Below, one piece after another: positions 1-11,671 of a stretch of 64,000 bases of DNA. The notes under the pieces were generated by a model. That model did not search any database, was not told the DNA's origin, and was given only the letters and a program-made list of their open reading frames with translations. The DNA is from Psilocybe cubensis. Lineage: Eukaryota. The position numbers and the translations under genes were made by a program. Within the stretch, counting starts at the first letter, position 1, and each line of letters starts with the position of its first letter. Location of the stretch: contig CM039006.1 of the NCBI GenBank assembly GCA_017499595.2, positions 124,001 through 188,000 on the forward strand, given 5' to 3'.

Positions 1-841
1 CGGAAAGCGTTCCTTCCCTGGTTCGGACCTGTTGTCTGCTCGGCCCTGGCTCGGCCCCAGGTTGACAATTGGTCATGTGTATTTAGTTCAGTACAATTCT
101 GGTTCTGTAAAATTAATGACATATCATATCTTATCAAGTTTACGTTTAAACTTGCTTGGTCAGTAGTGGACGGTTAGCATCAAAGTCAGAGACAGTTAGT
201 CACTGCAAGAGGGTAAGATGGCAAAAATGAAATGGCATTACTTTTTAAAATCCATTCTCTGGTCCCTCGCGACATGAAGCAGCTACTCAGAGAAATTCAG
301 TTCCTGTGTGGAGACATAGCCCCAATGGAAATGCAGGGATCTAGAATGTCCTGACGTCTGAGTTTTCTGTCTTAGCGACATCTGAATGACGGAGGGACTA
401 GAACTCTACTAGTGGTAGTGATACGTAACGAAACACATCACTTCTACTACTTACCTAGCTGTCCCTTAAAAGTGACTAGGAATCAGTATAGATTGTTATT
501 AATAAGTCACTACTATTCTTCTGAAGTCCCCTATCTCAGGAACACCGTATTCTGCATTCCTTGGCTCAGGCTGGATGCCGCCGCTGGAAATTCAGTGTCT
601 ACAGGTACTTTAAGGCCAACATTAGGCACTTCAATGAAGCTTGTGGTTTTGTCGATATTGTATAATTTTATACTATTACTTTAGCTCTCTTTAGCTTATG
701 CGATACTGACGTTGACAAAGCTGGGTTCACGGCACGGCACCGGGCCAACGGTTCCAATTCTCATGTTGCTCACGACCCTTCGCGTTGCTGACATGCGGGG
801 TCCAAATTCTCTTCGACATATTCTCTCATGTAGCGAATTCG

Positions 842-2246
842 ATGTCCATACCGGAGCCTTCAGAACTGCAAATCGCCCATGACGTGGCGCAGAACCTTCT
901 CGTTCGCAAGTGGTCTACCTGTACGATTCTTCAATTTCTTCTGCTTCGAGTAATCAAAGTATTCAGAGTTCAACGCAGTGGCATCCCTGTCAATCCTCCT
1001 CTATGAGCATGCCATTACATTGAATGACGAGCTTCATTATATTTGGAGGTGAGTCGGATATCAGTAAGATGCCCAGCGTTTCTGCCTTCTAGTACTAGTA
1101 GGCAAGCTAATATCAGTTTTCAGGCGACCCAAAACGTTAGTTCGGACCATCTACATATTTTCTCGATACATGGCAGTATTTGCTCAAAGGTCATTTTTTT
1201 CTTCCTCTCCAATCTTACCTAGCTGATAGTACCGAAGCCTCAACGTTTATCTAATATTCGGCCCCCTTTATGGGCCAGATATACAGGAGTCCACGTGTAA
1301 GAAATGGTTTGGGTTCCAGACATTTACGGCCTGCGCCCTCATGGAAGCACTGAATGTGATACTAATGATGAGAGGTATTTCTTTAAAACAATCTGACTTA
1401 ATTTTCCTCAGTGTCTCATCATTGAAGTGCAGTCTATGCTCTACATTATAAGAGATGGAGAGTGGGCATACCTCTTCTATCTCTTTTCGCCGGACAAGTC
1501 ATTATCGTGATAGTATTTGCTCCAAAATCTGTCTACGATATGACCTATAACCATGTATGCGATACAACGTACACACATCCTAGCTTTTTGCTCTTCGCGT
1601 AAGTTGGCCCTGTACTGTTTATGCGATGTGCAATGAAATACGAAGATTTGCAGAATATCTGTTGGGGTCACACATTTGACTATGGCGCTTCTGACAGCTG
1701 CGAGACAGGACCTCAGAAAGTTAGGAGTACCGGTCGTTCGGGTTGTTACACGCGATGGAGCATGGTCCTTGGTTATAGTCTGCAGTGTGTGACACTTTCT
1801 TTTCTCGAATCATCTTTTTTAATGACCAAATGATTATCTATAACTAGCTTTGTTCGCTGCCATAGTCCCTTATTCATATTCGCTTCACGTTGAGAAAGCC
1901 CATGTCGTCTTTGGGTACGCGCTGATAGCCTCATATCGACTAACAATTAACTAACTGTGCCGAAAAAATTGGTTTTGAAGGTGGCCAATTACGATCCTAT
2001 CGATATGCGTGAGTATTTCAAAGAGTTTAAGCTCTTACGCCACTTCTAAACTCTTCTGAGCAGTGCTGTCGTGTCATTATGAACATGCAGACCGTTAGAT
2101 ATACCGACACTGACCCAGAGCGCACTAGATCAAGGAACACAGATACTACGATAATCATATCCGAGATTCATACTCTGGAACTTGAGATGCAGGAGTACAT
2201 TTATTTTTCACATGCGGATACGGTTGTAAACAGCACAACTAACTAA
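842..2246 (+). CDS. Multi-exon DUF6533-like fungal multi-pass membrane protein
   Basis: Manual splicing gives MSIPEPSELQIAHDVAQNLLVRKWST / VASLSILLYEHAITLNDELHYIWR / RPKTLVRTIYIFSRY ... LMMRVYALHY ... VVTRDGAW ... CCRVIMNM ... NSTTN*. The LYxxxxTLxDExxYIW, SRY, RVYAL and RDG motifs are typical of this family; introns are GT-AG. Confidence 0.75.
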
Positions 2247-2458
2247 CACTGACGTTGTATTGCTACATGCATATACTGGTGTCTGAATTAAGCAACAATA
2301 ATGACACAGAAGCCAAATACAAATATCCAAAACTGAATTATTATGCCTTATTGTACATCGTTTCAAATATGATGGTTAGTACGAGGTTCAGTTATTGACG
2401 TCAATTGATTTCTGTTTGAAGAATATGATAAATGGAAAATCGAAATTGAATGGCACCG

Positions 2459-3853
2459 TTAAAACGAAGTCGTGTACTCTATGTGTACTTTTGATGCTGG
2501 TTTTTGCTTCAACAAAAGGGGAATCTGTCCTCGGACAAACTTCTCCAATATATCGATATCGCTTCCTGAACTTGGTTGCGCCCACTCGACTCTGATGGCA
2601 ATATGGATTGACGGGACTGCATTGAATGCAGATAGTGTAAGATAGCCATCCAAGCCATTTATACGAGACTGTTCGAGAAACGTGATCACGTCAGCCACAC
2701 TGGGGAGGCTGTATGGGTGATAGATGATTGTAAAGGAAATTGTGCTCAGACTGGAAGGAATGCCACACATAGGCAAAGTTCTGGTTAAATCTCGAGCTAT
2801 ACCACTGTCGCGGGCTTGAAGTGAAACTGATTCGAGGTGGGAGAGGTTTGACCAATTTATAGTGCAGTGGTTGTCAATTAACCGTCTCATTTCGCCTATT
2901 GAAATGGATTCTGGGCTCAAAGTACGCGCAAATGAATTGAGCAACATACCAGACGTCATGCGCAGCTCAACAGTGAGGGATCGCAATGCCAATGTGTACT
3001 GTAGCAATCTATTCAGTAGGTCCAGCGCGCCTCGGTACGAAATGGCAACTGTTAATTTGACAAGAGGAAGATAACCACCAAGCGTCGATCTATCCTCCCC
3101 AAGTCTGTAAGGGTATGTGAGAGAGTCGATCTCTTCCACAGACAATATGGGGTCCATTTGGAGGGATTCTAATAAGATTGGGTGGGTGATAGGAGTTGGA
3201 CGGCGTCCCAGGTCCAACTTGGCACGTAACAGGTGCAGGTGCTTTATGTTTGCGCTTTTAAGCAAGTCAATCGGGACGTGGTTCATGGTATGGAGGGTTA
3301 GCCGAGTGAGTTTCGATGTTTGGATGAGGCTTCGTAGGGAGGTCCTAAGATCAGAATTGATAGATCTCCAGCTTAGTCCATTGTATTTAGGATATTCCGA
3401 AATATCGTCAAAGTATTCATCATCGGTACGAGCCCAGCGATATATGCGAAGAGATAGACTGCATTCACTGGGAGTCGCTCGGAATATATGCTGAAAAATG
3501 AACGCCAGTGACCCACTGTTAATTACTGGCGTAACCTCGTCGTAGTAACCTATCATTGACAGTGAAAGTGACGTAGTAAAATCGACAATGCTGCGCATTT
3601 TACTGAAATTCTCTGCGTCTCTGATAAGGTTGGCTAGTGTTTTGATTTTTTTGGATGTGAAATGTATATCGTGTCCAACACCCCTATTCAGGACTAGTGA
3701 GCGAAATCTCCTATTGTTGGCAATGCTTCGAAGGGTGCGCGATGCAAGTGCAATTGAGGAAAAAACCGAAGCTATAGAGACCTCGTCGAAGATACTTTCC
3801 AATATTTCTACTGGAAGATTTTGCGTTGTGTTGTCTCGGGCGGACGTCATCAT
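2459..3853 (-). CDS. F-box-like/LRR-type hypothetical protein (copy 1 of a local triplet)
   Basis: Long ORF with N-terminal LPVEILESIFDEV...SIALASRTLRSIANNRRFRSLV. The likely true start is MMTSARD at 3853; the ORF-track extension to 4003 mostly lies inside an inserted TIR element. Probable in-frame 54-nt intron at about 2896-2949. Confidence 0.65.
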   Translation of the reverse strand: MMTSARDNTTQNLPVEILESIFDEVSIASVFSSIALASRTLRSIANNRRFRSLVLNRGVGHDIHFTSKKIKTLANLIRDAENFSKMRSIVDFTTSLSLSMIGYYDEVTPVINSGSLAFIFQHIFRATPSECSLSLRIYRWARTDDEYFDDISEYPKYNGLSWRSINSDLRTSLRSLIQTSKLTRLTLHTMNHVPIDLLKSANIKHLHLLRAKLDLGRRPTPITHPILLESLQMDPILSVEEIDSLTYPYRLGEDRSTLGGYLPLVKLTVAISYRGALDLLNRLLQYTLALRSLTVELRMTSGMLLNSFARTLSPESISIGEMRRLIDNHCTINWSNLSHLESVSLQARDSGIARDLTRTLPMCGIPSSLSTISFTIIYHPYSLPSVADVITFLEQSRINGLDGYLTLSAFNAVPSIHIAIRVEWAQPSSGSDIDILEKFVRGQIPLLLKQKPASKVHIEYTTSF

Positions 3854-3868
3854 TGATGTAGAATGGGA

Positions 3869-4760
3869 CACGGGGGGCAAAGTCCAGCACGGTAGAATTT
3901 CAACCGTGCCCGTCGCGGTTGAGATTCGAGTGAACAAAGGCGGGCCGGATTTCCGTCGGAGATTTAAATATTTAATCAGCGTAAGACTTGTTATTCTCGA
4001 CATGACTTCACCTCATATTTTGCTGTTCAAAAGAGTCATTGTGAATATTATGCAAAACTCCAAAGCTTAACAGATAAATAGGGAGCTAATACATATACTT
4101 AAGTTTGTCTCATGCTTCCTATTAGTATGTAGATACCTTAATTTGGAGGCCTATTCAGCAATAACTACCTTAACTACACATACTGCTCTGCGACAACTAT
4201 CTGTGAGCCAAAAGCTTGATCATATCCTGTGAAACTATATGGTATTAGTTAGGCAGCTTGTGTCATAGTTTAAATGTATTTTGAACTTTATTATGCTTTG
4301 AATTGGCACCGACAATTATACTGAAGAATATGATAAAATAAAATCAATTGAGGATCAATTGCTCTAGCAGTATTTTTGCCAGTAAAATAATTATATAGAA
4401 TGTCTTTAGAATATTCTCAAGGTGTACTACAGTTGGAATTGAGGTTACCGAGATACATCCACTCCTAATTACTTTTAAATGCAGAAGCAATAATATGCCA
4501 CTGCTAATTGGAACACTATCACCAATCCATTGGCACTGTGGGCTTTAAAACTCAAATCAAACTCTTAGAGCATATTTATACTAAAATTTACATCAATAAC
4601 ATTAAGGTGTACATTGTTGCTACATCTAGAAAATATAATACACACAATTTCGTTGGCAAAGTGTGCTTGTGGAATGACATCAGCTTGATTACGTGGTCCC
4701 AAAATCTCAACCGTGACGGGCACGGTTGAATTTTGACCGTGCTGGATTTTGCCTCCCGTG
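3869..4760. mobile_element. Non-autonomous TIR element with CAC..GTG ends and 3-bp TSD (CACTA/EnSpm-like)
   Basis: Imperfect ~58-bp TIRs: CACGGGGGGCAAAGTCCAGCACGGTAGAATTTCAACCGTGCCCGTCGCGGTTGAGATT versus the reverse complement of the right end, CACGGGAGGCAAAATCCAGCACGGTCAAAATTCAACCGTGCCCGTCACGGTTGAGATT. GGA flanks both sides (3866-3868, 4761-4763); the interior is AT-rich with no transposase-sized ORF. Confidence 0.85.
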
Positions 4761-5369
4761 GGATAGCAGCGAAATAAGTGGGGGATGGAGTAGAAGAAGG
4801 GTAGTTGCACATTCCCATCGGCACGGCTTTTATAATGTCAGACCCCCGTATAGCAGATAGTGTTCGCGTGAACAGATATATATCTGTTCAGTTTTCGACT
4901 TGCCAATGTCAAGTCAACAAGCATCAAGATCGAGAACCATCAAAGATGGTACATGTAAGCCTGTTAAAAAGGACCTACTGAATCCGAAAGAGATCAACCG
5001 CAAGGGCAAAACAGAAGGTTCCCTAAGATCTGTTCTCCTCTTTCCTTAGATCTTGGGCCTCAAGTAAGTACCGGCAAAAGACGAGAAGAACCAGACTGGT
5101 GAATTCGAACAGGGAACTATTAAAAGCTTGTACGCAACATTTTTAACGCCATGCACAATTGCGAGTATTAGAAGACTATCAGATGATTGACGACGGAAAA
5201 CACACGGGAAAAAAGTGCAGATACATGTCGTCCCATGAGGCCTTCCAAGAATGCCAAGGGCGTTAGAACCAAATAACACCACACAGACCGGCAACTTCTG
5301 CCACAATCAACACAACGCCCGCAACGACGTCAAGACACCCTCCTCAACACCCTCAAGCCCACAATCACG

Positions 5370-6122
5370 ATGTCGGTGCGTCCAATTTCCTCCCAAAACA
5401 TTGCTGTATCGCCGTAGGATGCTCCAGGCCAAGTCGAATGGGAAAAATCGGGCTGGATGGGCTGGATGGGGGATTTGTGAATCGGATGAGCCTTTAGGTG
5501 CCGTATGAGGGACGAGGAGATGGCTGGCAGCTTTCGGCGGCGGCGACGAATAGTTTTCATGTATGTGAAGCTTTTCTGATTTACCTTAATTTTCTTCCAG
5601 GAATCCAACTTCAAACGTTTCGTTGAGGTCGGGCGAGGCACGTCTCAGCTTTCTTGCTACTTTATTCCACCAACTCATTCATACATCCAGTTGTCCTCCT
5701 CAAGGCGGGTCCTTCCGCTGGCCGCATTGCGGTTGTTACTGAGATTATTGACCACAACCGGGTGCGACATGACTTCGTTTGCGAGTATTTCGTCGAAACA
5801 GATTTCTAACCTCATTTTGTAGGCCATGATCGACGGCCCCACCACTGATGTCCCTCGCCAGTCATACCCTTTCAAGCACCTTACCCTCACCCCTCTTGCC
5901 CTCACGAAACTTCCCCGCGCTGCCGGCTCCGGTGTCGTGAAAAAACAACTTGAAAAGGAGGCCACAGTCGAGAAGTGGCTCAACTCCACCTGGGCTAAGA
6001 AGCGCGCCGCCGTCGAGAAGAGACGGACGCTCAACGACTTTGGCCGCTTCTCCGTTATGCTTGCGAAGAAGCAGCGAACTGACGTGGTCAGGAAGGCCCT
6101 CGTCAAGGCTAGAAAGGCATAG
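5370..6122 (+). CDS. RPL14: 60S ribosomal protein L14 (eL14)
   Basis: Spliced MS / ESNFKRFVEVGR / VVLLKAGPSAGRIAVVTEIIDHNR / AMIDGPTTDVPRQSYPFKHLTLT...LNDFGRFSVMLAKKQR...KARKA*. Intron 1 is 5376-5600 and intron 2 is a GC-AG intron at 5638-5690. Confidence 0.95.
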
Positions 6123-7011
6123 GCGGGTTTGGGATGACTCTTTGACGGTCGGACGTACGCAGCTTTTCATTACCACTCAAAATGATTATTGTATTGTTTT
6201 GCTGGCTTCTTGTTGTTCATGTAAGGGTGGAAAGAGCAAGCAACTTTCATCTTTCATTCCCGCGTTCTTGTGTGGGTCAGATCTGGTACGCCATTGTTAC
6301 CATATCTCATCAACACACACTGCTCCTCTTTAGTCAGCGGTCTTGCTGTGAAATGTGGCTGATATTCTCCTCCACCCCCCTCCCTCAACTTCGCGAACAC
6401 CGCCATTGATTCTGCGACCGACAGGTGGCATTATTGCGCCTGTTCCTCCGCCTTCATTGCGCTAGTCTGACCGCTTGCCAATTTCTGCCACTGGCATGTC
6501 TGCCATCGCCGTTTTTAAAAGGTTACCGGTTAAGTTCTGCGTAATTTGGTTATGTTTCGCGACCCAAGCCGTTCTTCGATGACCTTGTAGTCATCTGGTA
6601 TATGTGCCTTCAGGGAGTAGCAGCTTGGGCTACTCCTGACATCTGTCTCCCGCTCGTCTGAGCTGCCCTGCCTACAAGGTATCGGATGGTTCCCTATCAC
6701 AATCTTTCTTTGGCTGCGGGTAGAGGTGTTTTATAGTGCCACGGTCATCTATTATCGTTGTCATCTCTGACACCGCCCCATCAGTGTGACGTCGACCAGT
6801 ACATGGTGTTCACTTGGACGCAGCGCCACAGTCATGAGAAGGAAGAGGTATAATGTTCAATACTTTTGTTCGAAAGTCTCGCGCTTGTCGAGCTGACTGA
6901 TCAGGGTCTGAAACAGGGTGCCGTCTCCGCCTTAAATTTGTGCCCTGTTGACCAACCGAGACCCCAGGACTACCAACAGCTAACAATTTCCTTTGAACGA
7001 CTACCATATAA

Positions 7012-8493
7012 ATGGGCGAAGACGAGGTTTACGATTCGAAAACGATGGCTCCTGTTCTCCCGTTTGAGACCATCGACATTATTTTGGAATATGCATGCGC
7101 CATCTGCGACCCTCCCACGTTATCTTCTGTTGCACTCGCCTCACATCTCTTTCGCATTTACGCAAATAAGGCACGCTTTTTCTCGCTAGTACCTTGTCGC
7201 GACATACATATACAACGCGCAACCTCGAGAATCCATACGTTGGCCGATATTATCAGGAGTGGCCTTTCCTTTCCATCTTTGCCGGGAATCAATCGGTTTG
7301 CTGTATCATTCTCCTTGAGTATGACAGGCAACTACGAGTATGTCATGCCTGCTCTCCAAGACGGCACCCTGGCGTACGTCTTGGACCAACTGTTTCGAGA
7401 AGATCTTCCATATTCCATTTCATCCAAAGCGATTACTGGTCACTCCATTTCCCTCAACATCAGACGTTGGTTTAGAAACAAGCTTGGAACTGAAAACGAC
7501 TATCCAACAGATGATTCGAATAGCAGCCTCGATTTCCGAAAAATGGATTGTGTTCTATTACAATCCCTGAAGAACCTTATCCTTATTCCTACTCTTCGCT
7601 GCGTAACTCTGAAATCGACTATAAATGTACCAGAAGACCTTTTCAGTGGTTCGAGAATACAACACCTTCACCTTCGAAATTTTGCACCAGATACACATAC
7701 GGTATCGCAAGGGGATCCGGAAATGTCCTCTCCCTCTCTCTCCATTCCGTTAATTTCCCTGGATATAGATGATTCTGTATTACTCGATGGGCAAGGGGAG
7801 ATAATCGAGCCAGATAATATTAAGATCAGCATCATATCTTCAGGTAATTTAGCATGTCTGACGCGCTTTACCATTCAAATTGACAGATTTGGGACCTTGA
7901 CCTGGCTACCAAAAATCCTCAGTCTGATGCCAGCACTGCAAGAACTCGCTCTTCAAACGAGATTCCAACATGGTGAGTTAATGTTTTGTGGATTGGTCAC
8001 CCTTACGCGTAAAATACCTGACGTTATTGTCGAGTCAGCGAACGAACACTTTAGCATCCCATTTAGTCAGCTCGGGAAGCTGCGATCTATATCCATCACT
8101 AGCAGTAGTGGGAGCACCACCAATTTGACAACCCGGTCAATTTCTCATGATATACCATCCCATGTCAATGAGCTCGCTATCATATTTAACATGTTCTATA
8201 CCAGCATGCCTTCTCGAGACACCATCAGGGAAGTCCTGGATGAAATGCGCCTCGATGTTTTGGACCATCATTTTGTACACCCATCTTTCGACGCCATTGA
8301 ATCGCTCACAGTTAGATTGAAGGTCAAAATATCCGGGGACTTCGATCACTCATTTAGAGCTGCCCTACACCCAGTTGACAACTCGCCATGGGGGGAATAT
8401 ATGGCCTGTCAACTTCAGCAAATGCGGCAGAAGTACGGAAGCAGACTAAAAGTCTTTGTGACTACAGAGGCAACCGAACATGTACCGTTGTAG
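7012..8493 (+). CDS. F-box-like/LRR-type hypothetical protein (copy 2)
   Basis: 493-aa ORF; LPFETIDIILEY...LSSVALASHLFRIYANKARFFSLV is alignable by eye with 2459-3853 and 17182-18566. Possible in-frame intron starting GTGAGT near 7973. Confidence 0.7.
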   Translation: MGEDEVYDSKTMAPVLPFETIDIILEYACAICDPPTLSSVALASHLFRIYANKARFFSLVPCRDIHIQRATSRIHTLADIIRSGLSFPSLPGINRFAVSFSLSMTGNYEYVMPALQDGTLAYVLDQLFREDLPYSISSKAITGHSISLNIRRWFRNKLGTENDYPTDDSNSSLDFRKMDCVLLQSLKNLILIPTLRCVTLKSTINVPEDLFSGSRIQHLHLRNFAPDTHTVSQGDPEMSSPSLSIPLISLDIDDSVLLDGQGEIIEPDNIKISIISSGNLACLTRFTIQIDRFGTLTWLPKILSLMPALQELALQTRFQHGELMFCGLVTLTRKIPDVIVESANEHFSIPFSQLGKLRSISITSSSGSTTNLTTRSISHDIPSHVNELAIIFNMFYTSMPSRDTIREVLDEMRLDVLDHHFVHPSFDAIESLTVRLKVKISGDFDHSFRAALHPVDNSPWGEYMACQLQQMRQKYGSRLKVFVTTEATEHVPL

Positions 8494-9034
8494 TATATCA
8501 TATGGTAGATTGGAAGCAAACACTGTCGTATAATATGTCAATGGATTCCATTGTTCCACAGAACTAATGTATTAACGGATTGGAATGACATTGCTTTGTG
8601 TTACTTGGAGAGGGCACTGGAAAATGTCAGTGCAATGTCATACTTACTTAACAATCTGAAACCTTCCGAACAGTAAGTACTCCCCGTCGGGCTCCCCGAT
8701 GGACTATCTATAATCTTCTGTAAATACATTTTTAGCCTTTGGAACCAGTCGATTATTCAGGATTTCACTCCAATGCTTACGAATATACGTAGCAAGTTTA
8801 TTACTCATCTAAAACTCGTTCATATGAGTGCCCTCTCCAACCGCTGTGGCGATACTGTTTACACAATTTGCGAAGTAACGGAAAACATCTATGCTGGTGA
8901 AGAAGCACGTGTACGCACATATCCTATTAGATGAGACAGACTCCGAATCACGACTTCTTCGTTCCACCGTGGACTCCAAAGTCCATTTATAAGGTGTAGC
9001 AATTTGCCGGTGGGTCTCTTTTGTTGTTGCCAAA

Positions 9035-10531
9035 ATGCCCATGCATCTACCTACTCGAAAGATTGGTGAAGATAATGTTTCAGCGATTGGCTTTGGTCTT
9101 GCAGGTCTGTCCGGATTTTACGGTCCGAAGGCGGATGACGAGGAACGTTTCAAGGTGAAGAATTCTCTTTTTTATTCTTCATCAAAGAGCAAAGAGATTG
9201 ACGCCATGCATGGCCTAGATCCTCGACACTGCTCTAGAGATGGGATGCACGAACTGGGATACAGCCGCTTTTTATGGCGATAATGAGGAATTGGTAGGCA
9301 AATGGTGTGCAACTCCACTCATCCATAGATATATTTTATTGAATGACTGTTGAAAAAAGGTTCAAGAGAACTGGAAAAAGAGATAAAATATTTCTGGCAA
9401 CGAAATTTGGAATTACACCCGATGGTCCGAACGGAAAGGCAGAACATGTACGCACGGCTATTGAAGACAACCTGAAGAGACTCGGAATCGATACGATAGA
9501 CCTGTATTATGTACATGTGAGTATTGCCCAAACTCCCAATTTCCAGTATGTCCTGCCTACTTCTCCTCAAGCGCGTGGACCAAACTACCCCTATCGAGGT
9601 ACATTTTATAGCTCTCGTCTTTTTCATCTACAAATAATTATTTGATGGCCACAGATTACGGTCAGAGCAATGGCAGAGCTCGTCAAGTAAGCTTTCCTAG
9701 ACCTCCTCTGTACTCTTCGTCATGTCACTGAACCTTTTAATCCACCCCGTCAAGGGAAGGAAAAGTTCGCTATCTCGGCCTGTCAGAAGTATCAGCAACA
9801 ACCCTTCGCCGCGCACACGCCATACATCCCATCTCTGCTGTCCAGATCGAGTATTCTCCCTTTTTTCTGGACATGGAAGATGAGACAATAGGACTTTTGA
9901 AGGCATGTCGAGAGCTAGGTATTGCCGTGGTCGCGTATTCGCCCCTCGGCAGGGGAGTTCTCACTGGAGCAATTGTACGCGACCATTACGAGCCCTATGT
10001 AATGTGGTTCTGATTTAGTTTTCTGAACAGAAATCCAATGACGATTTTGACGAGGGAGACTGGAGGAAGCATATCCCAAAGTAATCATGAATATATACAT
10101 CTGATGATCCGTACATTCTGACCTTGATATGAATACATGTTTTAGGTATAGCAACGCCAATTTTGCCAACATCCTCAAGCTAGCTGCCGGGCTCGAAGAA
10201 ATTGGAAAGAAATACAATGCGACAGCTGGGCAAATAGCACTCGCATGGATTCTTGCACAAGGCGAAGACATCATCCCTATCCCTGGAACGAAGAAGATCA
10301 AGGTCAGTGACATCATATTGTTGCATATACCTTGTCAAATTTAAATTGGCCGAGGGCCTAATTTGACCACAGTACCTCCAAGAGAATATTGAGGCCGTCC
10401 ATATCCGACTTTCTGCTGACGATGTGTCGTCAGTCAGAGCTCTGGCTACCACACTCGCTCCCACTATTGTTGGGGATCGATCGAGGACGATGCACTGGCT
10501 GTTCGCAGATACGCCCGAGCTACCGGTGTAG
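9035..10531 (+). CDS. Aldo-keto reductase (YakC/AKR13-like), multi-exon
   Basis: [92 protein letters not shown], ending FADTPELPV*. Confidence 0.93.
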
Positions 10532-10627
10532 ATTTAGCCTGAATTGAAGATCTGTACTAAATGACTCCGTAGAACATTCTGCGTAAATATGCTTTTATCA
10601 TGTATTTCCGGTTGATATCTTTCTACT

Positions 10628-11062
10628 TCAGATACTGCAACGGATAGCACAAGAGATAAGACAGCCTGCAAATGCGCCGGATTCACCGTCTTGGTAGTTA
10701 GAAGGATCATACTGAGAGCATTCTCTCCCCACACAAGACAGATATCCCCCACTGCACCCCTGTGCAGCCGATTCCTCCCTAATCATTGGTTGGCTGAGAA
10801 GATGGAGCATTCAATCGGACGGTTTATATTAGACGGAAAATCATTACCTTGAATTCTGCCCGCTCTGTACAACACAAAGCTTCTGTGCATTGGACCATCC
10901 GAATACATCAGGGTTGGCAGCGTTGTACGCTTTTGCCATCGTTTTGCATGATGCGTCGAGTGCGTTTTGGAACTCATTGGCAACGGCTGGAGAGGCCGTT
11001 CCCAGCAGACCTTTGTATAAGATAATAGAGGTAACAATAATGACTGTGCGGAAAGCTGCCAT
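10628..11062 (-). CDS. Small secreted Cys-rich protein A (2 exons)
   Basis: Hydrophobic N-terminus MAAFRTVIIVTSIILYKGLLGTASP; one GT-AG intron joins NSS/QPMIREESAAQGCSGGYLSCVGRECSQYDPSNYQDGESGAFAGCLISCAIRCSI*. A paralogue lies at 11672-12895. Confidence 0.8.
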
Positions 11063-11671
11063 TGGAGTTGATTGAAGCGAAAAGTATTTGGTATTTGAAC
11101 AAAATGCTCCTGTTGTTGTGGGGTATCTTTCTCAATACCGTGAGTTTATAAAGCTTTGGACGAGAAATAGTTTTCTTAATTAATTTTGGATATTGTCACT
11201 GCTTGCAGAGTTTCACATGCCAGAAGCCGGGATTTAGAGCTAGATCATGGACTATGTGCCTCGCAAACGACGTGACCTACCTTTCCGGACGCTAGAGGTA
11301 TATTTTGATTGTTCTACCATGACGTGTTAGATGTGTTAACACCAAATGTCTCTGGGACGTGAGGCCGAAATCTGCTAGGTCGCACAGTTTTAGTATTTCG
11401 ATGACCAGAATGGTAATAGAAATGGCAGAAGTACTACTGTAGCATGCCGCGGGAGAAGAATCCGAGTATACCTTAAGCGTTTGACCCAATGGCATCAGGC
11501 ATAGTTGCGCGTTTTGGCGGGAAGAAGTGACTAAGTCCGTATCCGATTAAGAAAAATATTTCTTGTTCAAAGGTTTTTAAACTCACGCCGCACGGTATTA
11601 AGGAAGACATCCCACAGTCACAAACAGCCTTCCGTTCAAAACCCAAACACTTTTCACTTCAATCAACTCCA

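Noticed and set aside
3854-4003. N-terminal 50 aa of ORF 2459-4003 as native protein
   Set aside because: Mostly derived from the element TIR and absent from the paralogues.
5376-5600. Box C/D snoRNA in RPL14 intron 1
   Set aside because: No clear RTGATGA box C, and the CTGA near the 3' end is better explained as the branch site.
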